DNA of 48,029 nucleotides, from the NCBI GenBank assembly GCA_046483305.1, contig JAWODM010000070.1, positions 1 through 48,029 of the forward strand, given 5' to 3'. The notes beneath the pieces were generated by a model. That model worked only from the letters and a program-made list of their open reading frames with translations. It had not been told where the DNA came from and did no database searches. This DNA is from Candidatus Krumholzibacteriales bacterium (GTDB lineage Bacteria; Krumholzibacteriota; Krumholzibacteriia; Krumholzibacteriales; WJIX01). The position numbers were made by a program, and so were the translations under genes. The stretch's first letter is position 1, and each line of letters begins with the position of its first letter. Below are positions 9,839 through 21,454 of the stretch, piece after piece.

Positions 9839-11827
9839 ATGTTCACGCCAAGCAGAATGCATCAGATGAATGTGATAGTTTTCGAGACCGACCTCGAAGA
9901 GGTAGCCAGGGCTATCACGCGCCTGGGGGTTCTGCACCTGATAAAACTGGATGAGGAGAAACCATGGACCAGGAAGCTGGAGGGGATTGATTCAATGGGT
10001 ATGGAAACCCGGATAGAGATGCTGCGCGAGAAGATCTCCTCGCTGATGAAGAAACTTCAGATCAGGGAGGTTCCCCGCTTTCAGGACGACGAAACAATCG
10101 ACCGGTTAACCGACCGGGACCTGGATGAAATAGAGGGCGAGCTGGTGGAGATAGAGACAAGAGTGGATATTCTTATGGCGAAGAGGGAGAGACTCAAAGG
10201 GCGCATAGGCCAGCTGGAAAATATTTTCACTGAAACCGCTCCTCTGATCAAGAAAGGTATCCCGGCTCCCGATTCTTCCTACAGATTCCTGATGGTCAGG
10301 TACGGGACGGTCAGGAGTGAGAATCTGGAGTATGTCGAGGATAAGTTAGCCTCCCTGGCGGCGGTAGTGCTCAAGCTGGATAGCCGTGACGATGAGGATT
10401 TTATACTTGTGGTGGGCCTGAAGAGCGACCGTCTCAAGCTCAAGAGGATATTAAGGGAGTCCGCTTTCGAAGACGTAGAGATATCGGAGGAGAGCAGGGA
10501 GGGGGAGCCCGAGAAAGAACTGACCTCGGGCCTGGAAGATAAGATAAAAGGCCTCAAGGATCAGATAGATGAAATTACCGGAGAATTAAAAGGGATGAGA
10601 GATTCCAGGTCGTCCACGATCGCAAGGTACTATCAGCTGCTCAGGGTCGGGGAACTCTATGTGAAGGTAAAAGGTTATATGAAGAAAACCAGCCGTACCT
10701 ACCTTTTTTCAGGCTGGGTTCCCAGCGACCGTACCAATTATGTGAAGAAAGAGATACTGAGAGCTTCCAGCGGGCGCGCCATAATAGAAATGGTTTCTCC
10801 GGAGGAGGTTGCCGGAGTAAAAGAGGGCAAGATTAAGGTGCCCGTGCAGTTCAAGCATCCCCGTATTCTGCAGCCGTTTGGAATACTGGTCTCCAGTTAC
10901 GGCGTTCCCGGTTATAATGTAATAGACCCCACTTTTCTGGTAGCGATAAGTTTTCTGTTTATGTTCGGGATGATGTTCGGCGATGTGGGGCACGGAGCTA
11001 TTCTGGGCCTGATAGGGATCCTGCTCGAGTCGAAGAGCCGGAAAAAGGAAAACAGAACCAACATGCTTATAGGCAGACTGGCCCTTTACTGCGGAATCTC
11101 CTCTATTATCTTCGGAGTTCTGTTCGGAAGCGTTTTCGGGGTGGAGGACCTGTTCGAGGGGGTATGGCGCAAACCGATGGATAACGTTCTTTACTTCTTC
11201 AAGGTGGCGGTCTACTTCGGGATAATAATGATCAGCGGCGGAATAATTCTGAATGCGATCAACGCAATTCGTCTCAGAGCCTACAGATCGCTTCTGTTCG
11301 ATCACGCCGGGCTGATCAGCGGAGTGATGTACTGGTGCGGGGTGGCGGTAGTATCTTCATTTCTGGCCAGCGAACCGGTGCCGGTCAAACTGATTGCCCT
11401 GGGGATATTACTTCCCCTGATCCTGATATTCCTTCGGGAGCCCATCTCGGCTGTGATAGAGAGAAGGAGGGTCGATTTTAATCAGGGAGTATTTACCTAT
11501 CTGATGGAGACCGTTATAGAGATAATGGAGATCGTTACCGGTTACCTTGGCAACACTGTGTCGTTTATTCGTGTGGCTGCTTTCTCCCTGGCTCACGTGG
11601 GGCTTTTCATCGCCGTTTTCAGCATGGTGGATATGGTGAAGGGCAGCAGCGGAGGGATATTTTATTCAGTCCTGATTCTGATTCTGGGAAACGCGGTAAT
11701 CATCGCCCTGGAGGGCCTGGTAGTAACCATTCAGGCGATCCGCCTGGAGTATTACGAATTCTTCAGCAAATTCTTTGTGGGGGGAGGAAGATCCTACAAA
11801 CCGATAAGTTTGAAACATGACCTTTAA
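9839..11827 (+). CDS. atpI: A/V-type ATP synthase subunit I (a)
   Basis: GWVP, YGVPGY..IDPT, FGMMFGDVGHG, NTVSFIRVAAF with the essential Arg, IQAIRLEYYEFFSKF. Confidence 0.95.
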   Translation: MFTPSRMHQMNVIVFETDLEEVARAITRLGVLHLIKLDEEKPWTRKLEGIDSMGMETRIEMLREKISSLMKKLQIREVPRFQDDETIDRLTDRDLDEIEGELVEIETRVDILMAKRERLKGRIGQLENIFTETAPLIKKGIPAPDSSYRFLMVRYGTVRSENLEYVEDKLASLAAVVLKLDSRDDEDFILVVGLKSDRLKLKRILRESAFEDVEISEESREGEPEKELTSGLEDKIKGLKDQIDEITGELKGMRDSRSSTIARYYQLLRVGELYVKVKGYMKKTSRTYLFSGWVPSDRTNYVKKEILRASSGRAIIEMVSPEEVAGVKEGKIKVPVQFKHPRILQPFGILVSSYGVPGYNVIDPTFLVAISFLFMFGMMFGDVGHGAILGLIGILLESKSRKKENRTNMLIGRLALYCGISSIIFGVLFGSVFGVEDLFEGVWRKPMDNVLYFFKVAVYFGIIMISGGIILNAINAIRLRAYRSLLFDHAGLISGVMYWCGVAVVSSFLASEPVPVKLIALGILLPLILIFLREPISAVIERRRVDFNQGVFTYLMETVIEIMEIVTGYLGNTVSFIRVAAFSLAHVGLFIAVFSMVDMVKGSSGGIFYSVLILILGNAVIIALEGLVVTIQAIRLEYYEFFSKFFVGGGRSYKPISLKHDL

Positions 11828-11833
11828 GGATGA

Positions 11834-12247
<414 letters not shown>

Positions 12248-12282
12248 CATGATTTTTATCTTGAGGTTCGAAGGCGGATGCC

Positions 12283-12588
12283 ATGCAGTTTTTTGTTATC
12301 GGCGATGAAAATACAGTGACAGGTTTCAGAATGATTGGGTTGAAGGGGGAGGTAGTGAAGTCGGAAGATGAGACCCGGGAGGCCCTGGAAGAAGTTTTTG
12401 ACTCGGAGGATATAGGAATAATTATTATTACCGAGCGCGTCGCAGCCGAAGTTCAGGAGGAGATAGATGAATACCTGTTCGGGCATGATTTCCCCCTGAT
12501 AATCCAGATTCCGGACCGGGAGGGCCCCATCGAGGGCAGAGTTTCGATCAGGGATATGGTGAATGCCGCCATCGGCATAAAGACGTGA
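12283..12588 (+). CDS. atpF: A/V-type ATP synthase subunit F
   Basis: VIGDENTVTGFRMIG, DIGIIIITE, PLIIQIP, AIGI. Confidence 0.93.
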   Translation: MQFFVIGDENTVTGFRMIGLKGEVVKSEDETREALEEVFDSEDIGIIIITERVAAEVQEEIDEYLFGHDFPLIIQIPDREGPIEGRVSIRDMVNAAIGIKT

Positions 12589-12623
12589 TAAGAGCGTGAA
12601 TATATTGAAGAGGAGAGGTTATT

Positions 12624-13283
12624 TTGGCTAATGAAGAGTCAGTCGAGAAGATCTGCCGCAGGATAAGGGAGGATGGGGAAAAAGAGGCGGAATCGATCCT
12701 GGACAAAGCCGAAAGAACCGCGTCGGGGATAATTGATAGAGCCGGGAAGAAAAAAGACCGGATCGCAGAGGAGATACTGAAGGAAGCTGAAGAAAACGGC
12801 GAGAATGAATACCGCAGGCTTCTTTCCAGTATAAAGATAGAGCTCAAGAGAGAGAGACTGAGAGTCAGGGAAGAAGTCATCGAGCATATTATGGAAAATG
12901 TGAGAGAGGCTCTGAAGAGTATCAGGGAGGGGGACAGATACGCGGATATCCTGCAGGGGATGATAATGACCGGTATCAGCGCCCTGGGGGGAAGCTCGTT
13001 CATCGTCAGCGTTGACAGCAGAGATTTGAAGCTGACCAGGGACAGAGTTATACCCGCTGTCGAAGAGAAGGTTAAACAGGAAACAGGGATCGATTGCCGG
13101 CTTGAAGTTGAGCAGCTCAGCAGGCACACTCTGGGCGGCGCGAGGATTCAGGCGGCAGAAGGCAAGGTGGCTTACGACAACACTTTCGAAGCGAGAATGC
13201 ACAGGCTGAATGACGAGATCAGGAATGTGATCTTTGAAGAAGTTTTCCAGCCGTCAGGAAGTGAGGGATCGGGCAGTGCTTGA
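12624..13283 (+). CDS. atpE: A/V-type ATP synthase subunit E
   Basis: N-terminal coiled coil, LGG and YDNTFEAR motifs; operon context. Confidence 0.88.
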   Translation: MANEESVEKICRRIREDGEKEAESILDKAERTASGIIDRAGKKKDRIAEEILKEAEENGENEYRRLLSSIKIELKRERLRVREEVIEHIMENVREALKSIREGDRYADILQGMIMTGISALGGSSFIVSVDSRDLKLTRDRVIPAVEEKVKQETGIDCRLEVEQLSRHTLGGARIQAAEGKVAYDNTFEARMHRLNDEIRNVIFEEVFQPSGSEGSGSA

Positions 13284-15045
13284 AATAATAGGCAAGGTAA
13301 TAAAAGTAATAGGGCCCGTGGTTCACGCGGGAGGAGTCAAAAAGGCCAGAATGCTCGACCTGGTGGAGGTTGGCGATGACCATCTGGTGGGAGAGATAGT
13401 GAAGCTGGAGGGAGAAAAAGCATCCATCCAGGTTTATGAAGATACTACCGGACTGGCCCCCGGCGCCGACGTATACAGTTCCGGGAATCCTCTTTCGGTA
13501 GAGCTGGGGCCGGGGCTGATCGGCACAATTTATGACGGTATCCAGCGCCCCCTGGAGATTATAAAGGAAAGAACAGGCCAGTACATTCAGAAGGGGCTTC
13601 ATATTTCATCACTTGATCATGAGAGTACCTGGGAGTTTGAACCTGCACTGGACAAGGGAACTGAAGTGAAGGGGGGGGAGATTGTCGGAAAGGTCAAGGA
13701 GACCGAATTGATAGAGCACCGCATACTGGTTCCGCCGGGGGTGGAAGGCCGCCTGGACTGGATAGCGGAAAGCGGTGATTACAGGGTGGTCGATGCCATC
13801 GCAAGGGTGGCAACCCCGGAAGGCGACGAAACAGAAGTCAGGATGAGCCAGCTATGGCCGGTAAGGCATCCCAGGCCGATAAACAGTAAATTGAAGCTGG
13901 ATATGCCGCTGATTACCGGGCAAAGGGTAATAGATATGCTGTTCCCGGTGGCAAAGGGGGGAACGGTTGTAATACCGGGAGGATTCGGAACAGGCAAGAC
14001 CATGCTTCAGCACGCCCTCTCGAAGTGGAGTGACGCGGATATAATCGTCTACATCGGATGCGGTGAACGCGGAAACGAAATGACTGATGTTCTGAGGGAA
14101 TTCCCCAAGCTGATAGATCCCAGGACCAAGAGGCCGATCATGGAAAGGACCATTCTGATAGCGAATACATCGAATATGCCGGTGGCCGCGCGCGAGGCGT
14201 CGATTTATACCGGGATAACCATGGGTGAATACTACCGGGATCAGGGTTATCATGTCTCGATTATGGCGGATTCCACCTCCCGGTGGGCGGAGGCGCTCAG
14301 GGAACTCTCCGGGAGGATGGAAGAAATGCCAGCCGATGAAGGTTACCCTGCCTATCTGCCGACCCGGTTGGCTCAGTTCTATGAAAGAGCGGGCAAGGTT
14401 TCAGCTCTTTCCGGTGAGGAGGGCTCCATAAGTATCGTGGGTTCGGTATCTCCTCCGGGAGGCGATTTCTCCGAACCTGTCACTCAGCATACCAAGAGGT
14501 TCGTAAGATGCTACTGGGCACTGGACCGCCAGCTCGCCAACGCCCGGCACTACCCCGCCATATCCTGGCTGGACAGCTACAGCGAGTATATCGACGAGAT
14601 AAGTGATTGGTGGAAGGAAAAATCGAGCGGGATGTGGAGAGAGCTCAGAAGAAGGGTGATGGACCTGCTTCAGCAGGAAGGGAAACTCCAGCAGGTAGTA
14701 AAGCTGGTGGGCCCGGATGTGCTTCCCGATTCGCAGAGGATTGTTCTGGAGGCATGTACCATGTTCAAGAACGCTTTCCTGCAGCAGAACAGTTTCGATA
14801 AGATTGATATGTATTGCGCTCCGGATAAGACCATAAGGATGCTACAGATAATACTCGATTTCTATGACCTTGGCCTGGAGAACATAAAGAAAGGCGCCAA
14901 CATCCATCAGATAAAGCAGCTCAGGGTGGTATCCGAGATTAACAGGATAAAGTTTAATATCCCCAACGACCAGGTCGAGAAAATCGATGAGCTGAGAGAT
15001 GAACTCAAGAGGGAAATGAATCAGATTTCGGAGATGTTTGAATAG
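13276..15045 (+). CDS. atpA: A/V-type ATP synthase subunit A (catalytic)
   Basis: [10 protein letters not shown]-loop, [36 protein letters not shown]. Likely GTG start at 13276 overlapping the subunit E stop. Confidence 0.97.
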   Translation: MLEIIGKVIKVIGPVVHAGGVKKARMLDLVEVGDDHLVGEIVKLEGEKASIQVYEDTTGLAPGADVYSSGNPLSVELGPGLIGTIYDGIQRPLEIIKERTGQYIQKGLHISSLDHESTWEFEPALDKGTEVKGGEIVGKVKETELIEHRILVPPGVEGRLDWIAESGDYRVVDAIARVATPEGDETEVRMSQLWPVRHPRPINSKLKLDMPLITGQRVIDMLFPVAKGGTVVIPGGFGTGKTMLQHALSKWSDADIIVYIGCGERGNEMTDVLREFPKLIDPRTKRPIMERTILIANTSNMPVAAREASIYTGITMGEYYRDQGYHVSIMADSTSRWAEALRELSGRMEEMPADEGYPAYLPTRLAQFYERAGKVSALSGEEGSISIVGSVSPPGGDFSEPVTQHTKRFVRCYWALDRQLANARHYPAISWLDSYSEYIDEISDWWKEKSSGMWRELRRRVMDLLQQEGKLQQVVKLVGPDVLPDSQRIVLEACTMFKNAFLQQNSFDKIDMYCAPDKTIRMLQIILDFYDLGLENIKKGANIHQIKQLRVVSEINRIKFNIPNDQVEKIDELRDELKREMNQISEMFE

Positions 15046-15059
15046 AAGATGGTGAGGAT

Positions 15060-16457
15060 ATGACGGAAAAGAATTTGGAGAGAGGGAAAGAATACGTCGG
15101 TATAGACGAGATATCGGGCCCCCTCCTGGTGATCCGGGGTATACATAACGTTGGTTATAACGAACTGGTCGAGGTTGTGGACGACGAAGGTGATATCAGG
15201 CTGGGAATAATACTGGAGAGCAGTGAAGGGGCAGCGGTAATACAGGTATTCGAGGGCACTTCCGGGCTTTCAATACCGGAGACCCGTATTCGTTTCAGGG
15301 GAGAGCCCCTGAAGTTCGGGGTAAGCGAAGAGATACAGGGAAGAGTCTTCAACGGACTGGGGCAGCCGGTGGATGGAGGGCCGCAGCCGAGGGAAGATAT
15401 GAAAATGAATGTTAACGGCCTGCCCATTAATCCCACCGCCCGCGAATACCCCAGGGAATTCATCCAGACAGGCATTTCCGCTATAGACGGCATGAACACG
15501 CTGGTCAGAGGGCAGAAGCTTCCTATTTTCTCGGGCACCGGCCTTCCTCATAACCGTATCGTGGCCCAGATTACCCGCCAGGCCCGGATTATGGGCGAAG
15601 ACAGTTCCTTCGCGGTAGTTTTCGCGGCAATGGGAATCAAACATGATATTGCACAATATTTCATAAGAAATTTTGAGGAATCAGGGGTTCTGGAGAAGGT
15701 GGTAATGTTTCTTAATCTTGCCGACGACCCTTCGGTGGAGCGGCTGGTTACTCCCAGAACCGCGCTGACCGCGGCTGAATATCTGGCTTTTCATAATAAT
15801 ATGCATGTGCTGGTTATCCTTACCGATATGGCGAATTATTGTGAGTCTCTGCGTGAGATATCAACTGTCCGGGAGGAGATCCCAAGCAGGAAGGGTTATC
15901 CGGGATATCTGTACAGCGACCTGTCGGAAATCTATGAGAGAGCGGGGATGATTAAGGGGAAGGAAGGATCGATAACACAGATGCCGATGCTCACCATGCC
16001 GAATGACGACATTTCCCATCCTGTTCCCGATCTGACCGGATATATAACCGAGGGACAGATTGTTCTGGAGAGAGAGCTTGAACAGAGGAATATATATCCT
16101 CCCATCGCCGGGCTGCCTTCACTCTCGCGGCTGATGAAAGACGGAATAGGGGAGGGACTTACCAGGGAGGACCACGCCCACGTGGCCAGCCAGCTGTTCG
16201 CCGGGTACTCCCATGTCAAGGATGTTCGGGCGCTGGCGGCGGTGATAGGAGCAGAGGAGCTGACCCCTCTGGATAAGATATACCTGGAGTTCGGCGACAG
16301 GTTCGAAAGAGAATTCCTCAGCCAGGATGAGTATGAGAACCGGAGCATAATCGAAACTCTGGATATCGGCTGGCGGATTCTGTCTCATCTTCCCAAGGAT
16401 GAGTTATACAGAATATCGGAAGAAGAGATTAATAAATATTACGGCAAGGATGATTAA
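15060..16457 (+). CDS. atpB: A/V-type ATP synthase subunit B
   Basis: [50 protein letters not shown]. Confidence 0.97.
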   Translation: MTEKNLERGKEYVGIDEISGPLLVIRGIHNVGYNELVEVVDDEGDIRLGIILESSEGAAVIQVFEGTSGLSIPETRIRFRGEPLKFGVSEEIQGRVFNGLGQPVDGGPQPREDMKMNVNGLPINPTAREYPREFIQTGISAIDGMNTLVRGQKLPIFSGTGLPHNRIVAQITRQARIMGEDSSFAVVFAAMGIKHDIAQYFIRNFEESGVLEKVVMFLNLADDPSVERLVTPRTALTAAEYLAFHNNMHVLVILTDMANYCESLREISTVREEIPSRKGYPGYLYSDLSEIYERAGMIKGKEGSITQMPMLTMPNDDISHPVPDLTGYITEGQIVLERELEQRNIYPPIAGLPSLSRLMKDGIGEGLTREDHAHVASQLFAGYSHVKDVRALAAVIGAEELTPLDKIYLEFGDRFEREFLSQDEYENRSIIETLDIGWRILSHLPKDELYRISEEEINKYYGKDD

Positions 16458-16478
16458 GCAGAGAGAACCGGGTGAAGA

Positions 16479-17120
16479 ATGGCTAAATACGAAGTAGCTC
16501 CCACCAAGACCAACCTGATGCAATTCAAGCGCGATCTTGGATTCGCGCAGGAGGGGTGGGAACTGCTCGATCAGAAGCGAAAGATTCTCACAGTCGAACT
16601 GATGAGCCTGATAGATACCGCGGTGGAAGCGCAGGAGGCGGCGGAGGAAAAACTGAAGGCTGCCTTCGAAGCTCTGGACCAGCTGACCCTGCGAATGGGG
16701 AGAAGGGAGATAGACCTTACCGCCCTGGGCGTGAATATAGAATCAGATATCTCCATATCCCAGAGGCGGGTAATGGGAGTTTCGCTCCCCACGGTAAAAG
16801 TGAAATTCACGGACAATCCGCCCTATTTCGCCGCGCCCGAAAGCAGTGTGTGGCTGGACGAGACCATAAAAAGGTTCCGTGAGGTCCTGCGGCTGCTGGG
16901 GGACCTGGCTGAAGCCCGGATATCTCTGGTCAGGCTTTCCCGGGAGGTTTCAAAAACAACCAGGAGGGTAAACGCTCTTGAGAAAATCTTTATTCCTGAT
17001 TATAAGGAAACACTTAAATATATAGAAATGTCTCTGGAGGAATCGGAAAGGGAAGCGTTCTTTGTTCTGAAACTGATAAAAGACCGGCTTTCCCGTAAAA
17101 AAGGGGAAATCTATGAGTGA
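16479..17120 (+). CDS. atpD: A/V-type ATP synthase subunit D
   Basis: PTKTNL, LLDQKR, MGVSLP, KTTRRVNALEKIFIP. Confidence 0.95.
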   Translation: MAKYEVAPTKTNLMQFKRDLGFAQEGWELLDQKRKILTVELMSLIDTAVEAQEAAEEKLKAAFEALDQLTLRMGRREIDLTALGVNIESDISISQRRVMGVSLPTVKVKFTDNPPYFAAPESSVWLDETIKRFREVLRLLGDLAEARISLVRLSREVSKTTRRVNALEKIFIPDYKETLKYIEMSLEESEREAFFVLKLIKDRLSRKKGEIYE

Positions 17121-17604
17121 TGTAAATCCCTTGGGAAATATTCTTCTATATATCGATGGGAGTGATAATTCTATTGTCGCCGCCCGGATGGCTATAGCGA
17201 TGGCCAAGGCATACGATTCTAATCTGCGGGTTATATATGTCGTGAACGAAAACCTGCTGAATGAACTTCTGAAGGCGAAGGTATTTGTGCAGATGGAAAA
17301 GATGGATTATGAAAGAGACCTGGAGGAGGATGGGAAGAGGTATTTGAATTACGTAAGCAAACTTGCCGGAGAGAAGGATGTAAGTGTACAGACAGTTCTG
17401 CGCAAGGGAGTGGTGCACGAGGAGGTGTCCAGGGAGGTCGAAGATTACGGAGCCGAGCTGGTTATACAGGGAGAACTGGGAGAGATACACAGCCTGAAGG
17501 ATTCGTTCTACGAAGAGGGAGAGCGGATTGTCAGGAAGGTTCCCTGTCCGGTAATGGTGGTCAGGGACCGGGAAAGAGTAGAGCGGATCTACGAATCTAT
17601 ATAG
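17113..17604 (+). CDS. Universal stress protein (USP)
   Basis: ILLYIDGS..S..AA, VIYVV and VPCPVMVVR USP motifs; start overlaps the subunit D stop. Confidence 0.88.
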   Translation: MSDVNPLGNILLYIDGSDNSIVAARMAIAMAKAYDSNLRVIYVVNENLLNELLKAKVFVQMEKMDYERDLEEDGKRYLNYVSKLAGEKDVSVQTVLRKGVVHEEVSREVEDYGAELVIQGELGEIHSLKDSFYEEGERIVRKVPCPVMVVRDRERVERIYESI

Positions 17605-17702
17605 AAAGCCGGAGAGGCGCTCTTATCGTACTTGATTTTTGGGGCTGAATTAATTATTTTCGCGTAAGCTCAGTGCGAATATGATTTAGAGGCAGGTACC
17701 GA

Positions 17703-18167
17703 ATGAAATTAACCGATTATATAAACCCGAAATGTATTAAAATAGATCTGTCCAGCGAATATAAGGAAGAAGTAATAGAAGAACTGGTTTTCTTGCTGGC
17801 AGATTGCATCAGCGACGGTGTCGACCCGGACGCAGTTTATAACGCGGTGATGATGAGAGAGAGCGAAGGAAGTACCGGCCTGGAGAAAGGAATAGCAATT
17901 CCCCACGCCAAGTGCGATTACGTGGACAGGTTGAGGATTGCGATAGGGATCTCCAGAGAAGGGATCGATTTCGACGCTCAGGACGGAAAACCTTCCAAGC
18001 TGTTTTTTCTGATGGTGGCCCCCCGCAACGAAGCCGGCCCCCATGTCCAGGCGATCGCCAGGATTGTCAAGATAACTACCATGGAAGGGGTAAAGAGCAA
18101 GCTCCTGAACGCCAACAACCCTGAAAGAGTAGTTGAGATAATCGATGATATCGAGAACGGCAGCTGA
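17703..18167 (+). CDS. PTS EIIA domain protein (Ntr/fructose type)
   Basis: RESEGSTGLEKGIAIPHAK with phospho-His; GIDFDAQDGKP. Confidence 0.9.
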   Translation: MKLTDYINPKCIKIDLSSEYKEEVIEELVFLLADCISDGVDPDAVYNAVMMRESEGSTGLEKGIAIPHAKCDYVDRLRIAIGISREGIDFDAQDGKPSKLFFLMVAPRNEAGPHVQAIARIVKITTMEGVKSKLLNANNPERVVEIIDDIENGS

Positions 18168-18190
18168 TTGCGGTCATTCCTGTTTATTCT

Positions 18191-18940
18191 ATGAAAATTA
18201 AAGAGAATCAGAAGGTGATAGGGTATTACGGTTTCCCCTCGCGGAGGATTCTCCGGGAGGTCAGAGAACGGTTCGGAAGAGACCTGGAGCTGGTGGACCT
18301 GGATGTCGCCGCGGGCGCTCCGGATTCGGGACTGCTGAACACCACCACCTGCAGAATAATAGCGAACATAATAGATAACGCGGTTCATCTATCCAGAAGG
18401 CTGGCCGCGGTGGTGGCGGATGTAGGCGAGGGCAAGTGCGACCGGGGCAGACACGCGGCTTTTATTCTCAGAGAGATCGGATTCAATGTGATTGAATCCA
18501 GATTCCCCAGGGATCAGTTCGAGAACAGGGAACTGGTTTACTCCACCGGCAGGGGGAAACTGGCAGACCGGATAAATCTGATCATGGATACAGTGGCGGA
18601 CCCGGAGATTTCCCATCCGGAAGAGACGGAAAGGTGTGAGCCCACTCACGGTTTCTGGGGGGTTCCTCCCCATGACTTCAGGATTCTGGAGGTCTTTCCG
18701 GAGAGCACTCACATATACGGATGGACCCGCTGCGTGGAGGCGGGCCGGCCCGGAGACCTTGATATGGAATGCTTTGTTGATGAGGATGTGCCGACAGTAT
18801 TTTTTACCCAGAGCTTCTGCGCCAAGCAGGACCTGGCGCATCACCTGGCAAACAGGTATAACGGGCTCTACGTTGACTGTCACCGATCCGTCAATCATTC
18901 CATTATTTCAAAAGTGGAAGCTTTTATTAAATTATCGTAG
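18191..18940 (+). CDS. Cys-rich protein, probably a compact 2-hydroxyacyl-CoA dehydratase/reductase-like Fe-S partner
   Basis: Seven Cys (TTCRII, GKCDRG, RCEP, WTRCVE, MECF, SFCAK, VDCH); C-terminal KVEAFI resembles the HgdD-family RxEAF tail; next to an activator ATPase. Confidence 0.5.
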   Translation: MKIKENQKVIGYYGFPSRRILREVRERFGRDLELVDLDVAAGAPDSGLLNTTTCRIIANIIDNAVHLSRRLAAVVADVGEGKCDRGRHAAFILREIGFNVIESRFPRDQFENRELVYSTGRGKLADRINLIMDTVADPEISHPEETERCEPTHGFWGVPPHDFRILEVFPESTHIYGWTRCVEAGRPGDLDMECFVDEDVPTVFFTQSFCAKQDLAHHLANRYNGLYVDCHRSVNHSIISKVEAFIKLS

Positions 18941-18988
18941 TATATCTATCTGGAATCAGAAGGCCTGTATGGCGATTCGGAGCATTCA

Positions 18989-19639
18989 ATGATACTCGCT
19001 GACTGCGGAAGTACCTGGACCAAGATATACGACACCGAAGATGATTCACTGGAGATTATTCAGACCAGCGAATTGATCGGAGATAAGCGGCGATTCGATA
19101 TAGCCACAGGCCATAGCGCCGTTAACAGGTGCGACGAGTTCAGGAATGAGCTGATAGCCCTGGCCGCGGGGGCCGGATCGATGGTAAATACAAGCAGCTA
19201 CACGGTGGTGGATGTGGGAGGAAGGGATATCAAGCTGATGTCGATTGATCAGGATAAGATAAAGAAGATGGATTGGAATCTGGCCTGCGGTTCCACCACC
19301 GGGGCAACTATTGAGCTGCTGGGCAGGTACTACGGAATAGATTTCTCCGAACTGGAAGCGTCAGATAAATGGATAAATGTAACCTGCGGGGTCTTCGGAA
19401 TGGAGAAAGTGCTTGAGTTTGTCTCAAGCGGGGGATTACCCTCGGAAGGAGTAGCCCGGTTCATACATGGGCTGGTGAGGAATGTCTTCGATTTCGCCGG
19501 AAGGCCGGACAGGCTTTACCTTTCCGGGGGATTCTGTGAAAACAGATGTTTCCTGGAAACCATGGAAAAGTACTGCGAAGTAATACCTCTCGGGAGGGCG
19601 GTCCTGGTGGAGGGCCTCCGGGCCGGGATGAAGGATTGA
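18989..19639 (+). CDS. BadF/BadG/BcrA/BcrD-type ATPase (dehydratase activator, HgdC-like)
   Basis: DCGSTWTK, ATG, DVGGRDIK, WNLACGSTTG, NVTCGVF and LSGG ASKHA motifs with both cluster-ligating Cys. Confidence 0.8.
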   Translation: MILADCGSTWTKIYDTEDDSLEIIQTSELIGDKRRFDIATGHSAVNRCDEFRNELIALAAGAGSMVNTSSYTVVDVGGRDIKLMSIDQDKIKKMDWNLACGSTTGATIELLGRYYGIDFSELEASDKWINVTCGVFGMEKVLEFVSSGGLPSEGVARFIHGLVRNVFDFAGRPDRLYLSGGFCENRCFLETMEKYCEVIPLGRAVLVEGLRAGMKD

Positions 19640-19661
19640 GATAAATAACAAAGGCGAACCG

Positions 19662-21434
19662 ATGGGGCATAATTTGACAAAAACAGTATTTTGCGGGATT
19701 TCGATTAAGCCCTTTATTGCTATTCTTGCGGCGGTCGTGATGCTGTTAAACCTGAATTCATGCAGGAGGCTCGCTTTTTCAACCATATCCTTTCAGGACT
19801 CCAGCGAGGAAGAAATAGAATTGCGGGCCCATATACTTTCCGATCCCGGGGAGATAAACCAGCTTTTTCACTCTTTTCTGCCGGATTCGGGGGTGCTCCC
19901 GGTTCAGGCAGGGATAAAGAATAACAGCGACAGTCCTATCGTAATACTGGGAGGCAGCTTCCAGGCTCTGAAAGAAAGACTTGCCGGCGTGGAGATGATC
20001 AGAGATTCTGAAATATTCACTCCTCTGAGCCCCATGGAAGTGATGAGAATAATAATGGGAGGCCGCGGCAGCCAGTACCGGAGCAAGGGGTCAGGCAAGA
20101 CGGCTGCGGGGGTGATGATTCTTCCCCTTGGAATTTATTACGTATACGACGAAGCGACCGCGGGCCGGCTGTACCGCCCTCTGGCCGATGAATCCCTGTT
20201 CGACACAACTGATGGATTCTTTTTTGATCCGCTTCGGCTGGAACCGGGCGAACAGAAAACAGGTTATCTGTATTTCCCGGTATCTTTTTCCCCCTATGCC
20301 AGAGAGAAGGTGAGAGAGGGAAGTGTAGTCAGGCAGGAGGAAGAGAAACTGGTACTGAAGGAAGGATTTACTCCCCAATCGAAACTGAGGGCAGGGATGA
20401 TTCTTGCCGAATCGCTCCCGGCGGGGGTAACAGCGGACACTCTGGGTTTTTATGATATATGTTTCGGAAAAGATGAAGATATGAGAGAAGGCGTGCCGGC
20501 AGTTCTCCTTAGAAATTCCGGCGGGAAGAATAGCGACAGCGAAATAATATCGCTGGAATATGATGTCCCTGATGAAATGTTGAAGAGGGATAGACAGGAA
20601 ATTCTTATTGACCGGCTGAATTCAAAGGCTGAAATAGCGGATGCGGACTTCAGAGGCGGCCGGGGCGCCTTTGCGGTTAACTTTACCAGAAAGTCAAGGG
20701 TCTATCTATTCAGCCGCGAAAACGGCCGGGGATTCATCTGGAAGAATGGCCTGGACAGAAATGTCATAGGGGTCATTCTAACCGAAGAGGGCGTCATTGC
20801 GGCCTGCGATAATGGATTCTGCTACTTTATGGATATGGAAGACGGCGCCGTTAACAACAGGTACAGGAGACTGGCCGGCGGGCTGGATGATATTATCCGG
20901 TACCGGGGAAAGGTCGCCGCGCTTGCATCGGAAAGTGTCCGGTTCTTTTCCACCGGAAAGGAAAATCCTTTTCAGCCACTCGGGCAGTTTGAAATAGCAG
21001 AGGGGAAAAAACGGGCCCTGGGGATATCTGATGGAATGATAACGGTACTCAGAGAGCACGGTGATACCGGGGGGGACACCATCAGCGTCATAGATCCCGG
21101 AAATGACCGTGAAAGAGGCCGGTACCCGGTTCCGGGAAGGGTGATCGCCGCCGCTTCAGGGAAGTCCTCTCTTCTCTGGCTGGAAGGCGGCGTGGTGCTG
21201 AAGATCGAGCCGGGAGCTGACCGGGCGAGGGTAGTTGACGGCACTTTCATTCCCTTCGAGGCAAAAGAATTGACCGTCTCCGGCGGAAGGGCGTTCGCAG
21301 CCGGAAAAGGCGGGGTTATTCTTTCATTCAACCTGGAAGGTATGCCGGCAAACGATTACATCGACAGGGTATGCCCTGTCGGTCTGTCTCCACCGAGAAG
21401 AGAGCCGGAACCACGGCGCAGAAGGATCAGGTAA
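19662..21434 (+). CDS. Hypothetical exported protein, possible lipoprotein with beta-rich C-terminal half
   Basis: 590 aa ORF; hydrophobic N-terminus ending LNSC; no family recognised. Confidence 0.6.
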   Translation: MGHNLTKTVFCGISIKPFIAILAAVVMLLNLNSCRRLAFSTISFQDSSEEEIELRAHILSDPGEINQLFHSFLPDSGVLPVQAGIKNNSDSPIVILGGSFQALKERLAGVEMIRDSEIFTPLSPMEVMRIIMGGRGSQYRSKGSGKTAAGVMILPLGIYYVYDEATAGRLYRPLADESLFDTTDGFFFDPLRLEPGEQKTGYLYFPVSFSPYAREKVREGSVVRQEEEKLVLKEGFTPQSKLRAGMILAESLPAGVTADTLGFYDICFGKDEDMREGVPAVLLRNSGGKNSDSEIISLEYDVPDEMLKRDRQEILIDRLNSKAEIADADFRGGRGAFAVNFTRKSRVYLFSRENGRGFIWKNGLDRNVIGVILTEEGVIAACDNGFCYFMDMEDGAVNNRYRRLAGGLDDIIRYRGKVAALASESVRFFSTGKENPFQPLGQFEIAEGKKRALGISDGMITVLREHGDTGGDTISVIDPGNDRERGRYPVPGRVIAAASGKSSLLWLEGGVVLKIEPGADRARVVDGTFIPFEAKELTVSGGRAFAAGKGGVILSFNLEGMPANDYIDRVCPVGLSPPRREPEPRRRRIR

Positions 21435-21454
21435 AATCCGCGGAGGTTTTCCAA

